NCBI GenBank assembly: GCA_040264895.1
Contig: JBDQHL010000001.1
Span: 79,060 to 143,059, forward strand
Direction: 5' to 3'
DNA length: 64,000 nucleotides
Source of the DNA: Bacteroidota bacterium
GTDB taxonomy: Bacteria > Bacteroidota > Ignavibacteria > Kapaibacteriales > UBA2268
Within the stretch, counting starts at the first letter, position 1. Every line of letters begins with the position of its first letter. Shown here piece after piece: positions 19,601-27,786 of this stretch. Under the pieces are notes generated by a model, which ran no database searches, was not told the DNA's origin, and saw only the letters and a program-made list of their open reading frames with translations. The position numbers were made by a program, and so were the translations under genes.

Positions 19601-21683
19601 CAGCAGAGTTACCTTCAAATCTTACAGGATATTTACCACCATAACCGATAAGCTCTTGGCTATTAATACCACCAGCACCAGTTATACTACCTTGTCTCTT
19701 AGAGAAGATTGCACCACCCCAAGAAATAGCAGAGTTATTGTTAAACTGAATGTCAAAACCATAATCTCTAGTTTCTAAAAAATCATCAGAACCACCAATT
19801 ATAGTAGTCAAAATTGGGTTAGTATTACCATCTACGTAAATTGCACCACCAGCACCCGAAGTATTACTTTCGAATCTAGTTGGGTTACTTACGTCTTCTC
19901 TAGCAGGACCACCTTTAACAAATAGTCTATTTAAAGAGTTCTCAACGAAAATAGCACCACCCATAGAGTAAAGACCTGCAACAGAACCAACAACTTCATC
20001 AGTTAAGTATTCTGCGCCAGTCATGTTTGACTCAAAGTGACCTGCTACTTGTAGTGAAGTATATCTACCAGCGTAGATAGCACCACCACGAGCACCAAAT
20101 GAACTACCATTAGATTGGTAGTTATTAGCTTCGTTACCTTCAGCTATAAATGAATCTAACTCATCAAAGAATACCTCTTGACCATCAACCATAATACTAT
20201 TGTTGATACCAAAACCGATATCCATTTTATTACTTTCCATTGTTTCTTCACCAGAAACATAGATAGCACCACCATAAGCGTGGTTACCATAAGTTTGAGG
20301 ATACATAGCTGGCTCGTTTAACAAATCAGATACGATTCTTACTGGTGGAGTACCAACAGTAGTTTGACCATAATTTGCTAATTGAACTACGTTATCTTCA
20401 AAATGTAAATTTCTCATTCTACCTAAATAAACAGCAAGACGACCATCGTCGTGTCCCATTCTTTCGTAATCAGAAAGTTCAGAACCAGTGCTTCCGCTAC
20501 CAGGAGAGTCAATTCTATCTATTGCTAAGATAGGATTTTGCTCTACAACAGTAGAAGGAGTACCATCTCTGTCTGTAATGTTAGGGTTTTTGTCTGCTGG
20601 GTAATAACCAACTGTATTAGCTAAGTCATTAACGCTAATTGTTTTTGGCAATTCTCTAGGTGCTTGTAATATTTGTAATGCACCACCTTTGAATCTTGAT
20701 CTGTTGCCCATAAAGTCAACATCTAATAACCAAGTTCTAGATGAGAAAGTTGTAATTGCACCACCACTACCGTTAGTCAACATATTTAATTTGTTGTTAA
20801 CAGCAGCCCAGTCAGCATTATTGTTGTTTTCAAAGTAAAGAGGATCGCTATCTACAGTAGTATCTTTCTTGAAGTTTTCAAATGATACATTTCTGAAGAA
20901 TGCTGCTCTAGCACCAGGAAGTACTATTACGTGTCCCCATTCTACTGATACATTGTTTATTGGTTGACCAATAAATCTAATTTTTTCTTGAACTACATCA
21001 ACAGAGTTTCCACCAATTCTTCTCCAAGATCTAACATTCAGATTTACATCATTGTTAGGGTCTTGGTTTAATCTAGCTGCAACGTAAACAATTGCTTCTT
21101 CAAAAGATACAATCTCTAAGTCTGGATCAGCATCAACGATCGCTGCATCCATAGCATCTAAATCAATGATTCTTCTGTTTGCCTTATCTAATACAACATT
21201 AAATATGTAGTTGTACTTATCAGGGTGAACAGTTTTATCTCTATCTGTAGTAACATCTAATGTTCTTACTATAGTAGTATCTGTTGGCATATTATCGCCA
21301 TCAAAATTGAAATAATCAAAATCCGCATAGCCAGTCCAGCTAAAAGGATTCTGAGAAGTTCCTGCTATACCTAATGGGTCAATACCATGAGGGTTTGCAG
21401 TATATATTGCTTCAGCAAAACCATCTGCGATAATTCTACCACCTGTTGAATCTATTAACCTTCCGTTAGGATGGAAATAGACTTCTGTTCCCGGCTCAAT
21501 GATTAGCGTCCCGCCAACCACATATTCTCTTTCGACTAAATATGTGGAGTCCTTGACAAAGACTCTAACATCACCTGGAGCTATCCTTCCGGATATTTTT
21601 ACTTGGGTCTGCGCAAATCCTGAACTTGATGACAGGATAAATGCGAAGGCCATGAGTACGCAAAGACGAATTAATCGTTGCAT
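13677..21683 (-). CDS. giant (about 2670 aa) T9SS-sorted adhesin-like protein: Pmp-type beta-helix, BNR/Ycf48-like propeller, He_PIG-like Ig domain and CTD
   Basis: Signal peptide MQRLIRLCVLMAFAFILSSSSGFAQ. More than 9 GGA(I/V) repeats and six Asp-box motifs (such as TDGGDSWF, TEDGGATW, HDAGDTW). Also LPNAVEGIDY...PEWLKINPESGLLYGTP. CTD reads VSPNPV...GSYTLRMNAGGVTEFMKVQIVK. The ORF maximum extends to 21701. Confidence 0.85.
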   Translation of the reverse strand: MQRLIRLCVLMAFAFILSSSSGFAQTQVKISGRIAPGDVRVFVKDSTYLVEREYVVGGTLIIEPGTEVYFHPNGRLIDSTGGRIIADGFAEAIYTANPHGIDPLGIAGTSQNPFSWTGYADFDYFNFDGDNMPTDTTIVRTLDVTTDRDKTVHPDKYNYIFNVVLDKANRRIIDLDAMDAAIVDADPDLEIVSFEEAIVYVAARLNQDPNNDVNLNVRSWRRIGGNSVDVVQEKIRFIGQPINNVSVEWGHVIVLPGARAAFFRNVSFENFKKDTTVDSDPLYFENNNNADWAAVNNKLNMLTNGSGGAITTFSSRTWLLDVDFMGNRSRFKGGALQILQAPRELPKTISVNDLANTVGYYPADKNPNITDRDGTPSTVVEQNPILAIDRIDSPGSGSTGSELSDYERMGHDDGRLAVYLGRMRNLHFEDNVVQLANYGQTTVGTPPVRIVSDLLNEPAMYPQTYGNHAYGGAIYVSGEETMESNKMDIGFGINNSIMVDGQEVFFDELDSFIAEGNEANNYQSNGSSFGARGGAIYAGRYTSLQVAGHFESNMTGAEYLTDEVVGSVAGLYSMGGAIFVENSLNRLFVKGGPAREDVSNPTRFESNTSGAGGAIYVDGNTNPILTTIIGGSDDFLETRDYGFDIQFNNNSAISWGGAIFSKRQGSITGAGGINSQELIGYGGKYPVRFEGNSAGYAGGAVHFQIPIADNPPYYQRAVQLSRALFRDNTVGANVADKNLSQLRGGGAVYSNGGDLNLVKGVEFDGNMVYNGNGGAVSMVGPYNLNKRYFVSDADEITYDANDVATNMSSRDDIFTYDENVSFPPDARMLTTFKNNEAMYEERASDEQGSGATQFADGVFRTRSPLLSNYHTSASVGYAVGLFGTIVKFTQGGEKWEYPESNTNHRLTDVEFVDSSTGYIVGAQGIMKKSTDAGNTWFDLNTGTNNQFNDFYSIGQNDLYAVTNNGLIYESHDAGDTWTSVQPQMQDLNGVYFASLNTGYVVGDDRLILRTKNGVWEEVVPPIPNYDLQKILFTSENKGFIIGNSGTMLSTTDGGDSWFTVDVDTRANLTDIEFISAMKGFVTTVNGDMLMTEDGGATWTKMEDLTRFGLQGIHFASNSTGFAVGDYGTLLKTEDGGATWNEVNPSDAGHYDVARMHPGTSLPENGIGLGGAMYILDSANIRVLDRIDTVSFNRVRMLNNTAYTGAAIYSDNYDLKLIFQKSLISANTALTDIGVEQNAIHGPMVQDGNGGIIENEASSDLASAVIYGELQGPLPVGVGPESGNSVYGNNARFIVRLPDAPNTKGVLAGSIGLGLGGTNPMNGNYWGQTEANVTVEVINDLGYPLADNETFFIDGDGSSPLPFVRGSADPLEQGPFESIFDEYTYTPILLKNAAGDENTPAATSLNEQLLMSGKVYDLYDKGTDIKTADYSKRIMSPIEDFAVGIPYNTKRFTDDSQPSFGKYVKRTTRDPYCVGLLDDNGDLKFPYITALQSEFKANPEGDFYHPIGYPLYLETHVDYDGLAERSNHIPETMNQTVFFVINETTTDFIRVNLEQVSEVAPYREVFRSRVEFVPDSSNRTPNTLLRRTNEGLFNFGVGYSLLSELEDNGYNEVGATLPGRKYEADYRQLGGVNDLFSNRPSIDQNTNIDNGSGIVTYFAGERYDALPVDTGDVIRVISRQVLWKEGVVEAYEDGISFKIERSTYPPVFTGDIVELQNDTLVKLVPSLDPVKRANDILDTLYYDDFANTIFLREDREYPGNFNEGRDSILSITAVDSNNFYDPRALADGENYTYLTYSWDVDNNSGLANWLQADTLYVSDNNSVKDAATGHIVLKGCPVNPYVVPGGETVDVTAANYPPHYRTLDSLVNSGLFSDEQLEKYVETFGPYYNAGSYDVDRARYLQQDTIDFGGANGWKADYEFKIFVVDEIPEYIEPGTGVVEKYRYESDGVTILDTVAIYEPTVLTCGETNEDEPRLIANVTDKLRFQIDINTDDEIEDFYAEQEHGWDFRYGRTAYGFVNKTISAGDTVVIDTVSINGEDGNVDQIIDQERPFWMADQYLYRYDGETTQDLLGADFTTFGKLNIRIDRADAVSILTPLNRNNGEYNTDTSFVFVVNDGHGGRMERRLEVLINFAPEILTTTLPNAVEGIDYNNQLLDSSKAIKVFDPNFFQEHEFELIYDGRGDIPKDPCYTEAGVWEEGVDYGTNGQFTPEWLKINPESGLLYGTPEVEDALKDEKVIVLVTDEDGLPALMEFDLRVEASNQGPDIAVAPNVDCVDPNSNLDNDYFIYVIDKDFLRDADVTPQELVTLEVTQPVQGVELDQYELKGEDIDNDSVRVDVIVTQAIENVTPDADGRITVEIRATDAEGEITIYRFRFKRSDPTFFAAPITVSNSIGSFQVLEFGTAETNVSTGDGRDGDKEGKVDPNYCEYELPPYPQQDIFDARWTVPTINGILRNIYPEASATGDQIYVAQIQVGGENGQTAINYPITIEWNANDVPAIDDATANPSSSSWYLRDPASDGSIFHINMHDPNVRYLSGNSFEYDDATGEAKLTITNSEISAFIIYRDIQSSVENNEVAAVSNITNVSPNPVTTVSTVNFNLNKAAYVTFELIDNVGRVIGVLNEGNYTVGPHAFDFDIKERFANDLSNGSYTLRMNAGGVTEFMKVQIVK

Positions 21684-21779
21684 AATACCTCCAATAAACA
21701 AATTATTATTAAAAAATTAACTTTTAGTTTCATTATTATTATGTTTTTTTATCACTAAATGCTCTTTATCAATAGTGTT

Positions 21780-22511
21780 TTAATCAATTTTTGTGCCAAG
21801 ACTCGCCAATTTCGCTTTTGATTGCTTAGCGAATTCCGAACTCTCTGCTATATCTACAATTGACTCATATATTTTTTTTGCTTCATCTTTATTGCCAGCT
21901 TCTTCTCTATTCAATGCAGAGTAGTAAAGATATTTTGCTTTCAATGTCGGTTCTTCCAAATTTTCTGCAGCATTTTTATAGTTATCAGCAGCTGTAGAAT
22001 AATCATTATTATTTTCTGCTACTAAAGCAAGTCCTGCATAAGCGCCTGATTTAACTAGGCTTGCATCGCTGGCTGTAGCCATTTCAAAGAATCTTTTAGC
22101 ATCATCATACTGACCACCGTCGGCATGTGCATTACCTGCGTAAAGAGCAGCAAGCTTACCTTCAGCTACATCGTCATATTTTTCTGCAATACTTGCCAAA
22201 CCAGTTACTTCCGAACCGTCTGCACCAACACCACCGTCTAAAGCAACGCTATAATTACCAGCATCGTACTCTGTAAGTACTTTACTTAAAGCAACTGCAG
22301 CCTCTCTCTCTGCTTTTTCAGCTTGATTTGATGAGTAGTAATAATACCCTACTGCAGCCAATACAACTACTAAGAATATACCTAATACAGTTCCATTTTT
22401 CTTTAACTTTTCTGCTGTATCATCATCTACAAGATCTTCCGTTAACTTTCTTCCGACTTGTAGTTCTTCTTGCTCTTCTGCGTCTGACATTCTTAATTCC
22501 TTATTTGTCAA
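21780..22511 (-). CDS. membrane-anchored TPR protein (YfgM-like)
   Basis: Acidic N-terminus, a single TM (VLGIFLVVVLAAVGYYYY), then TPR-like Ala/Tyr-rich repeats. Confidence 0.6.
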   Translation of the reverse strand: MTNKELRMSDAEEQEELQVGRKLTEDLVDDDTAEKLKKNGTVLGIFLVVVLAAVGYYYYSSNQAEKAEREAAVALSKVLTEYDAGNYSVALDGGVGADGSEVTGLASIAEKYDDVAEGKLAALYAGNAHADGGQYDDAKRFFEMATASDASLVKSGAYAGLALVAENNNDYSTAADNYKNAAENLEEPTLKAKYLYYSALNREEAGNKDEAKKIYESIVDIAESSEFAKQSKAKLASLGTKID

Positions 22512-22596
22512 TCATTTATAATTAATTTCTAACCGCTCGTAAAACGTAAAAAGTTATGCACACTTTCCATTCTACTTAGCATACAAATATAAAACA

Positions 22597-22635
22597 ACTT
22601 ACCCGAATATCCAATTATTGAATATTCGGGTAAGT
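22597..22635 (-). terminator. intrinsic terminator downstream of the E1 gene
   Basis: Perfect 14-bp stem ACTTACCCGAATAT/ATATTCGGGTAAGT with an 11-nt loop. The flank is T-rich on the minus strand (TGTTTTATATTTG). Confidence 0.8.
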
Positions 22636-22727
22636 ATTTATTTCGTATTTTATTTTAATTGTGTGTAATTATGTTATAACAGTGTCAGATTAATTCCACA
22701 CATCTGGTATTCCATTTACACCTAAAT

Positions 22728-25049
22728 CTAAAAATTTAAACATTCTTCTACTTTAGCTTTTACTTTGTCTACATTTATCAGAATCTCATCTTCATAACTT
22801 TTAGCAAATCCTACTGGACAATCTTCAGAGCCTAATCTCATAACTGGAGCATCTAATTCATTGAATGCAAGCTCAGTTATTGTTGAAGCAATTTCTCCAC
22901 CAAATCCACCAGTCATATTATCTTCGTGTACTACTACCAATCTGTGTGTTTTCTTCACAGACTCTAATACTATGTCTTTATCCCAAGGAGAAAGCGAACG
23001 AAGATCAATTACTTCAACTGATTTTCCTTCTTCTTCCAATTTTTCGGCAGCAAACAAGCTCATGTGAACTCCTGTTCCATAAGTTGCTATAGTTACGTCA
23101 GTACCCTCTTTTCTAATTTTCCCTTTACCGAATGGTACTACCCAGTCTTCATCACTTACTGGCCCTGCAGCAGCTTTGAAATTGTATAAGAACTTGGGTT
23201 CTAAAAACATTGTAGGTCCTTCTGAACGGATACAGTTTCTCAATAGACCCATAGCGTCATCAGCAAACGCAGGTGTTACCACTCTCATTCCTGGAATAGA
23301 AGTAAATACAGCTTCTAAATTCTGAGAGTGATACAATCCACCTTGTATATAGCCACCTGAAGCTAAACGAAGGGTTACATTTGGTGTGTTTTGTCCTCTA
23401 GTTCTCCAATGCTCATGAGTCAACTCAATGAATTGCTCCATAGCAGGCCAGAAATAGTCAGCAAATTCAGCACCCTCAATTACAACTCTAATATCTTCAC
23501 GATAACGGCTAAACCCATTAGCAGTACCGACAATCATATCCTCAGCTATAGCTGCGTTGAATACTCTTTCGCGACCAAATTCCTCTGGCATTCCCTTAAC
23601 TACGTTGAACACACCACCTTTTCCGATGTCTTGTCCCCACATGTAAGTGTTAGGATTTGATCTGAATTCTTGCTTTAGTGTTCTATTAATACCTTCAATC
23701 AGATTTACATTCTCAGCACTTGTATCAAGAGGATACTCAGTGTCTGCATCTGGCCCAGCAAATGCTGTAGCATAGATGAAGTCTGGCCAGCTTTTACCAT
23801 CAGCATCTGGTGCAGCTTCTGCTTCGTCTGCTGCATCAAAAATCTGTTGCTTAATTCCGCCTTCTATCTCTTCTAATTCTTTTTGCGTTAAATATTTTTT
23901 CTCAATTAACCTGTATCTGAACTGCATTAGTGGGTCTCTTAATATAGCACCCTCTATCTCTTTTTCAGGTCTGTAATTGTCTTGTTTGTCTGAATTTGAG
24001 TGAGAACCAACTCTATCACATTCTGCGTGAACAATAGCAGGTCCTTTGCCAGCCCTAATATGCTTTATTGCCTCTTTTATAGCTCTGTCAGAATCAAATG
24101 GATCTCTACCATCACACTCTATTATTTTAGTGTTAGGGAAGCCTTTGAGGTTATCAGATACAACTAAGTTTGATGACACTTGTTCCAATGGAACAGAAAT
24201 TCCAAACTGGTTATTTTGAATTACAAAAACAACTGGCGCCTTATCTAAATCAGCGCTTGCTATTGCTTCATAGAAATAACCTTCAGCACAAGCAGACTCA
24301 CCACCAGAATAAAATACTATCTCATCGCCATCATATTTCTTAATTGCTCTACCAAGACCAGCTGCGTGAAGCGAGTGGTTACCTGTACAAGAAGAAACAT
24401 TTTGAACATTTATTTCTGGTTTGGCAAAGTGATTAGACATATGACGACCACCACCAGCTACGTCTGTATCTTTCGATAGACCATTTAATATAATCTCAAC
24501 AGGAGTCATACCTGCAGCTAATGATGTCATAAAATCACGGTAGTAAGGGAATAAATAATCTTTATTCTCTCTAAAAGCTTGTCCAAGAGCTAACTGAATA
24601 CCATCATGCCCAGCAAATGGTGCGTGGTAAGACCAACCTTTAGCCATCTTTAAATAAAGAGCTGCCTTATCATCTAACTTTCTACCCATCAATTGAAGCT
24701 TATACCAATCAATCACTTGCTCTTTGTCATATCCTTTAAAGTCAAACTTCGAGTACATTTGTACTTTTACTTCCTTACCACCAAATGTCATTTTGTGTGT
24801 TTTCAATGAATTAGACTTAGAAGTTTTTCCAACCTTTGTCTTTTCTTTTGTAACAGCTTTTTTAGCTTTACTTTTTGATTTAGGAGCAGTCTTTTTGGTT
24901 GTTTTCTTCTTAGTAGAAGCTTTACCATTTTTAGATGTAGTTTTTGCCTTACTTTTTGTAGCAGGTTTCGTTACCTTCTTTTTCTTTTTTTCTTCTGCGC
25001 TTGCAGTCTTTTTGCTTTTAGTAGCTGATTTAGCCATAACTAACTCCAA
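22728..25049 (-). CDS. TPP-dependent 2-oxoacid dehydrogenase E1 component, fused alpha/beta subunits, with Lys-rich N-terminal extension
   Basis: The alpha part (GNHSLHAAGLG, YSGGESACAEG) and the transketolase-like beta part (NAAIAEDMIVGTANG, VVVHEDNMTGGFGGEI) lie in one ORF. The first 86 aa are K/T/S/A-rich. Confidence 0.85.
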   Translation of the reverse strand: MELVMAKSATKSKKTASAEEKKKKKVTKPATKSKAKTTSKNGKASTKKKTTKKTAPKSKSKAKKAVTKEKTKVGKTSKSNSLKTHKMTFGGKEVKVQMYSKFDFKGYDKEQVIDWYKLQLMGRKLDDKAALYLKMAKGWSYHAPFAGHDGIQLALGQAFRENKDYLFPYYRDFMTSLAAGMTPVEIILNGLSKDTDVAGGGRHMSNHFAKPEINVQNVSSCTGNHSLHAAGLGRAIKKYDGDEIVFYSGGESACAEGYFYEAIASADLDKAPVVFVIQNNQFGISVPLEQVSSNLVVSDNLKGFPNTKIIECDGRDPFDSDRAIKEAIKHIRAGKGPAIVHAECDRVGSHSNSDKQDNYRPEKEIEGAILRDPLMQFRYRLIEKKYLTQKELEEIEGGIKQQIFDAADEAEAAPDADGKSWPDFIYATAFAGPDADTEYPLDTSAENVNLIEGINRTLKQEFRSNPNTYMWGQDIGKGGVFNVVKGMPEEFGRERVFNAAIAEDMIVGTANGFSRYREDIRVVIEGAEFADYFWPAMEQFIELTHEHWRTRGQNTPNVTLRLASGGYIQGGLYHSQNLEAVFTSIPGMRVVTPAFADDAMGLLRNCIRSEGPTMFLEPKFLYNFKAAAGPVSDEDWVVPFGKGKIRKEGTDVTIATYGTGVHMSLFAAEKLEEEGKSVEVIDLRSLSPWDKDIVLESVKKTHRLVVVHEDNMTGGFGGEIASTITELAFNELDAPVMRLGSEDCPVGFAKSYEDEILINVDKVKAKVEECLNF

Positions 25050-25111
25050 ATTTTTTTAATTTTTTCTTTGTTTTATATTCTACTTAATGTGATTGGTCTA
25101 TTAGTATTAAA

Positions 25112-26572
25112 TTAACCTTCCAAATGTTTGTCAACCAAATCAGAAACTAATTGTGGGTTTGCTTTGCCCTTAGTCCCCTTCATCACTTGACCAACAAAAA
25201 ACCCTTTTACTTTAGCATTTCCCGCTTTGAATCTCTCTACAGTTTCGGGATTGTTTTCAATTGCTTCTATCACCAATTTATCAATTAGTGAAGTATCAGA
25301 AACTTGTTTTAGTCCCTTTTCTTCTACTATTTCTTTTGGTGATTTACCTCGCTCAACTTCTTCAAATATATCCTTTGCTATCTTATTAGAAATTGTGCCA
25401 GAGGTAATAAGATCTACTATCTCTGCTATGCTGTTTGGCTGCACTTTCAAATCAGACACACTTAGATCAGGGTCTTGTAATATACGCATTATCTCAGTCA
25501 TTACCCAATTGCTAACTAGCTTGTAGCTATTAGAATCTTTCGTCTCTAATTCATTGGCAGCACTTTCGTAATAATCAGCTACCTCTTTTTCAGCAACTAA
25601 AACACCTGCATCATAGTTGGGCAACTCATACTGATCTATCATTCTACTCTTTCTTGCCATTGGCAATTCGGGCATCATAGCTCTTACTCTCTCTACCCAA
25701 TCTTCTTTGACAACTAGTGGTGACAAATCTGGCTCAGGGAAGTAACGATAATCATGAGACATCTCTTTTGTTCTCATCTCTTTCGTTTCGTTCTTATTTC
25801 CATCCCATTGCATAGTGACTTGTCTTACTTCGCCACCAGATTCTATAACTTCAATCTGTCTGCTAATTTCATAGTCAATAGCTTTTTCTACATTTCTAAA
25901 GCTATTTAGGTTTTTAATCTCTGTTCTGGTGCCAAATATATCGCTTCCTTTAGGCATAACTGAAACGTTAGCATCCACCCTTAGTGCACCTTCTTCCATA
26001 TTACCAGTGTTAATTCCCAAATAGACTAATATTTGCTTCAACTGAGTTAGGTAAGAGTATGCTTCTGCAGAATTTCTAATATCTGGTTCACTCACTATCT
26101 CTATCAGTGCTACTCCAGCACGGTTGAAATCTACTAATGTATCGATGTCCAAATCGTGAATTGACTTCCCAGAATCTTCCTCCATATGAATACGAGTTAT
26201 ACCAATTCTTTTGGTGCTTTCGTCTTCTAACTCAATATTCAAATATCCATCGTAGCAAATAGGAGTGTCATGCTGAGATATTTGATAGCCCTTAGGCAAA
26301 TCCTGATAAAAATAATTTTTTCGAGCAAAAAGGTTCCATTCCCTAATATTACTGTTTGTTGCTAGCCCCATCATAATAGCATGGTCTACAACTTTTTTAT
26401 TCAGCACTGGTAATGTACCAGGGTGTGCCAATGTTACTGGATCAGTGTTGGTATTAGGTGAAGAGCCAAACCTACTAGAACTAGAACAAAACGCCTTTGA
26501 TTCAGTTAATAACTGTGCGTGAATTTCTAATCCTATTACTGGTTGGTACTTTTCGTAACTCTCTTTGTTCAT
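25112..26572 (-). CDS. gatB: Asp-tRNA(Asn)/Glu-tRNA(Gln) amidotransferase subunit B
   Basis: YQPVIGLEIHAQL hallmark, a full-length 486 aa, and a GatB/YqeY C-terminal domain (FFVGQVMKGTKGKANP). Confidence 0.95.
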   Translation of the reverse strand: MNKESYEKYQPVIGLEIHAQLLTESKAFCSSSSRFGSSPNTNTDPVTLAHPGTLPVLNKKVVDHAIMMGLATNSNIREWNLFARKNYFYQDLPKGYQISQHDTPICYDGYLNIELEDESTKRIGITRIHMEEDSGKSIHDLDIDTLVDFNRAGVALIEIVSEPDIRNSAEAYSYLTQLKQILVYLGINTGNMEEGALRVDANVSVMPKGSDIFGTRTEIKNLNSFRNVEKAIDYEISRQIEVIESGGEVRQVTMQWDGNKNETKEMRTKEMSHDYRYFPEPDLSPLVVKEDWVERVRAMMPELPMARKSRMIDQYELPNYDAGVLVAEKEVADYYESAANELETKDSNSYKLVSNWVMTEIMRILQDPDLSVSDLKVQPNSIAEIVDLITSGTISNKIAKDIFEEVERGKSPKEIVEEKGLKQVSDTSLIDKLVIEAIENNPETVERFKAGNAKVKGFFVGQVMKGTKGKANPQLVSDLVDKHLEG

Positions 26573-26751
26573 ATAAGCAGATTATTAGATTTCAAATTCT
26601 ACAAATCTAAGAAATATTAAGTAATTTTTTTCACATTTATTAACACTTATAACTCGATATAATCTATAAAATTGTAGAATAGTTGTGATTATAATTTATT
26701 TCGCATATTTTGTAATCATATTTTTCAATCAAATACCCTAATATTTTCCAT

Positions 26752-27423
26752 ATGTCTAGAAGGTTTATAATTGGTGATATTCACGGCTGCTACAAGACAC
26801 TAGTGGCTATGATAGAACAACAAATTGTACCCAATTTAGATGATGATATTTATTTCTTAGGTGATTATACTGGCAAAGGACCTGATTCGAAAAATGTAGT
26901 AAAATACATTATTCAAATGAAAAAAAACGGGTATAAACTAAGATGCCTTAAAGGAAATCACGAAGCCATGTTATTAGACTCGCTGAAATCGGATAAGCTT
27001 CATTACAAATGGCTTTGGAGTGGTGGCTCCAAAACCTTACGTAGTTTTGGAGTTTACAGAGCAAATGAGATAAAGAAGAAGTATATTAAATTTTTTAAGA
27101 AATTAGAGCACTACATCGAATTAAAAGATTTCATCTTAGTTCATGGAGGTCTCAACTTTAATATCCCTAATCCATTAAGTGATAAGAAGTCAATGCTATG
27201 GGTTAGAAACCAGCATATAGACAAAACAAAGATAGGTGGTAAAAGAATAATAGTAGGACATACTCCAAAAAAATACAAACGAATTAAGCGTTCCCTAAGG
27301 GAAGATATAATTTTCCTCGATGGTGGATGTGTTTACTCCAAGGTAAAAAACAAACAAGGTAATTTGATGGCATTAGAACTAAACGAGATGAAACTATATA
27401 AACAGCCAGATCTGGATATGTAG
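26752..27423 (+). CDS. metallophosphoesterase / Ser-Thr protein phosphatase family (ApaH/PrpA-like)
   Basis: GDIHG, GDYTGKGPDS and GNHE motifs in the canonical order. Confidence 0.85.
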   Translation: MSRRFIIGDIHGCYKTLVAMIEQQIVPNLDDDIYFLGDYTGKGPDSKNVVKYIIQMKKNGYKLRCLKGNHEAMLLDSLKSDKLHYKWLWSGGSKTLRSFGVYRANEIKKKYIKFFKKLEHYIELKDFILVHGGLNFNIPNPLSDKKSMLWVRNQHIDKTKIGGKRIIVGHTPKKYKRIKRSLREDIIFLDGGCVYSKVKNKQGNLMALELNEMKLYKQPDLDM

Positions 27424-27427
27424 TGAT

Positions 27428-27784
27428 ATGAATATTGAAGAATTACGAGAATATTGCCTTAGTAAACCCAACGTAACTGAAGATACTCCATTCGATGAGA
27501 CTACTTTAGCTTTCAAAATTGGAGGCAAAATATTTGCACTCACTAATATCAAATCACTTCCAACAAGGGTGAACCTTAAGTGCGAACCGCAACGCGCCAT
27601 AGAACTGAGGGAAAAGTATCCTGATGTAATTATACCTGGTTACCATATGAACAAAAAACATTGGAATACTATATACATAGAAGAAATGACAAATGAATCT
27701 ATGAGTGAGCTAATAGACCACTCTTACGAGTTAGTATTTAACTCTTTAACAAAGAAAATTAAGAATGAATTAAGTAAATATTAA
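27428..27784 (+). CDS. MmcQ/YjbR family DNA-binding protein
   Basis: The N-terminus LREYCLSKPNVTEDTPFDETTLAFKIGGKIFAL is typical of the YjbR family. Confidence 0.8.
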   Translation: MNIEELREYCLSKPNVTEDTPFDETTLAFKIGGKIFALTNIKSLPTRVNLKCEPQRAIELREKYPDVIIPGYHMNKKHWNTIYIEEMTNESMSELIDHSYELVFNSLTKKIKNELSKY

Positions 27785-27786
27785 AC

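Noticed and set aside
24724-25059. A 111-aa plus-strand ORF opposite the 5' end of the E1 gene
   Set aside because: It is the reverse complement of the Lys-rich (AAA/AAG) extension, which gives a poly-F/L artefact.
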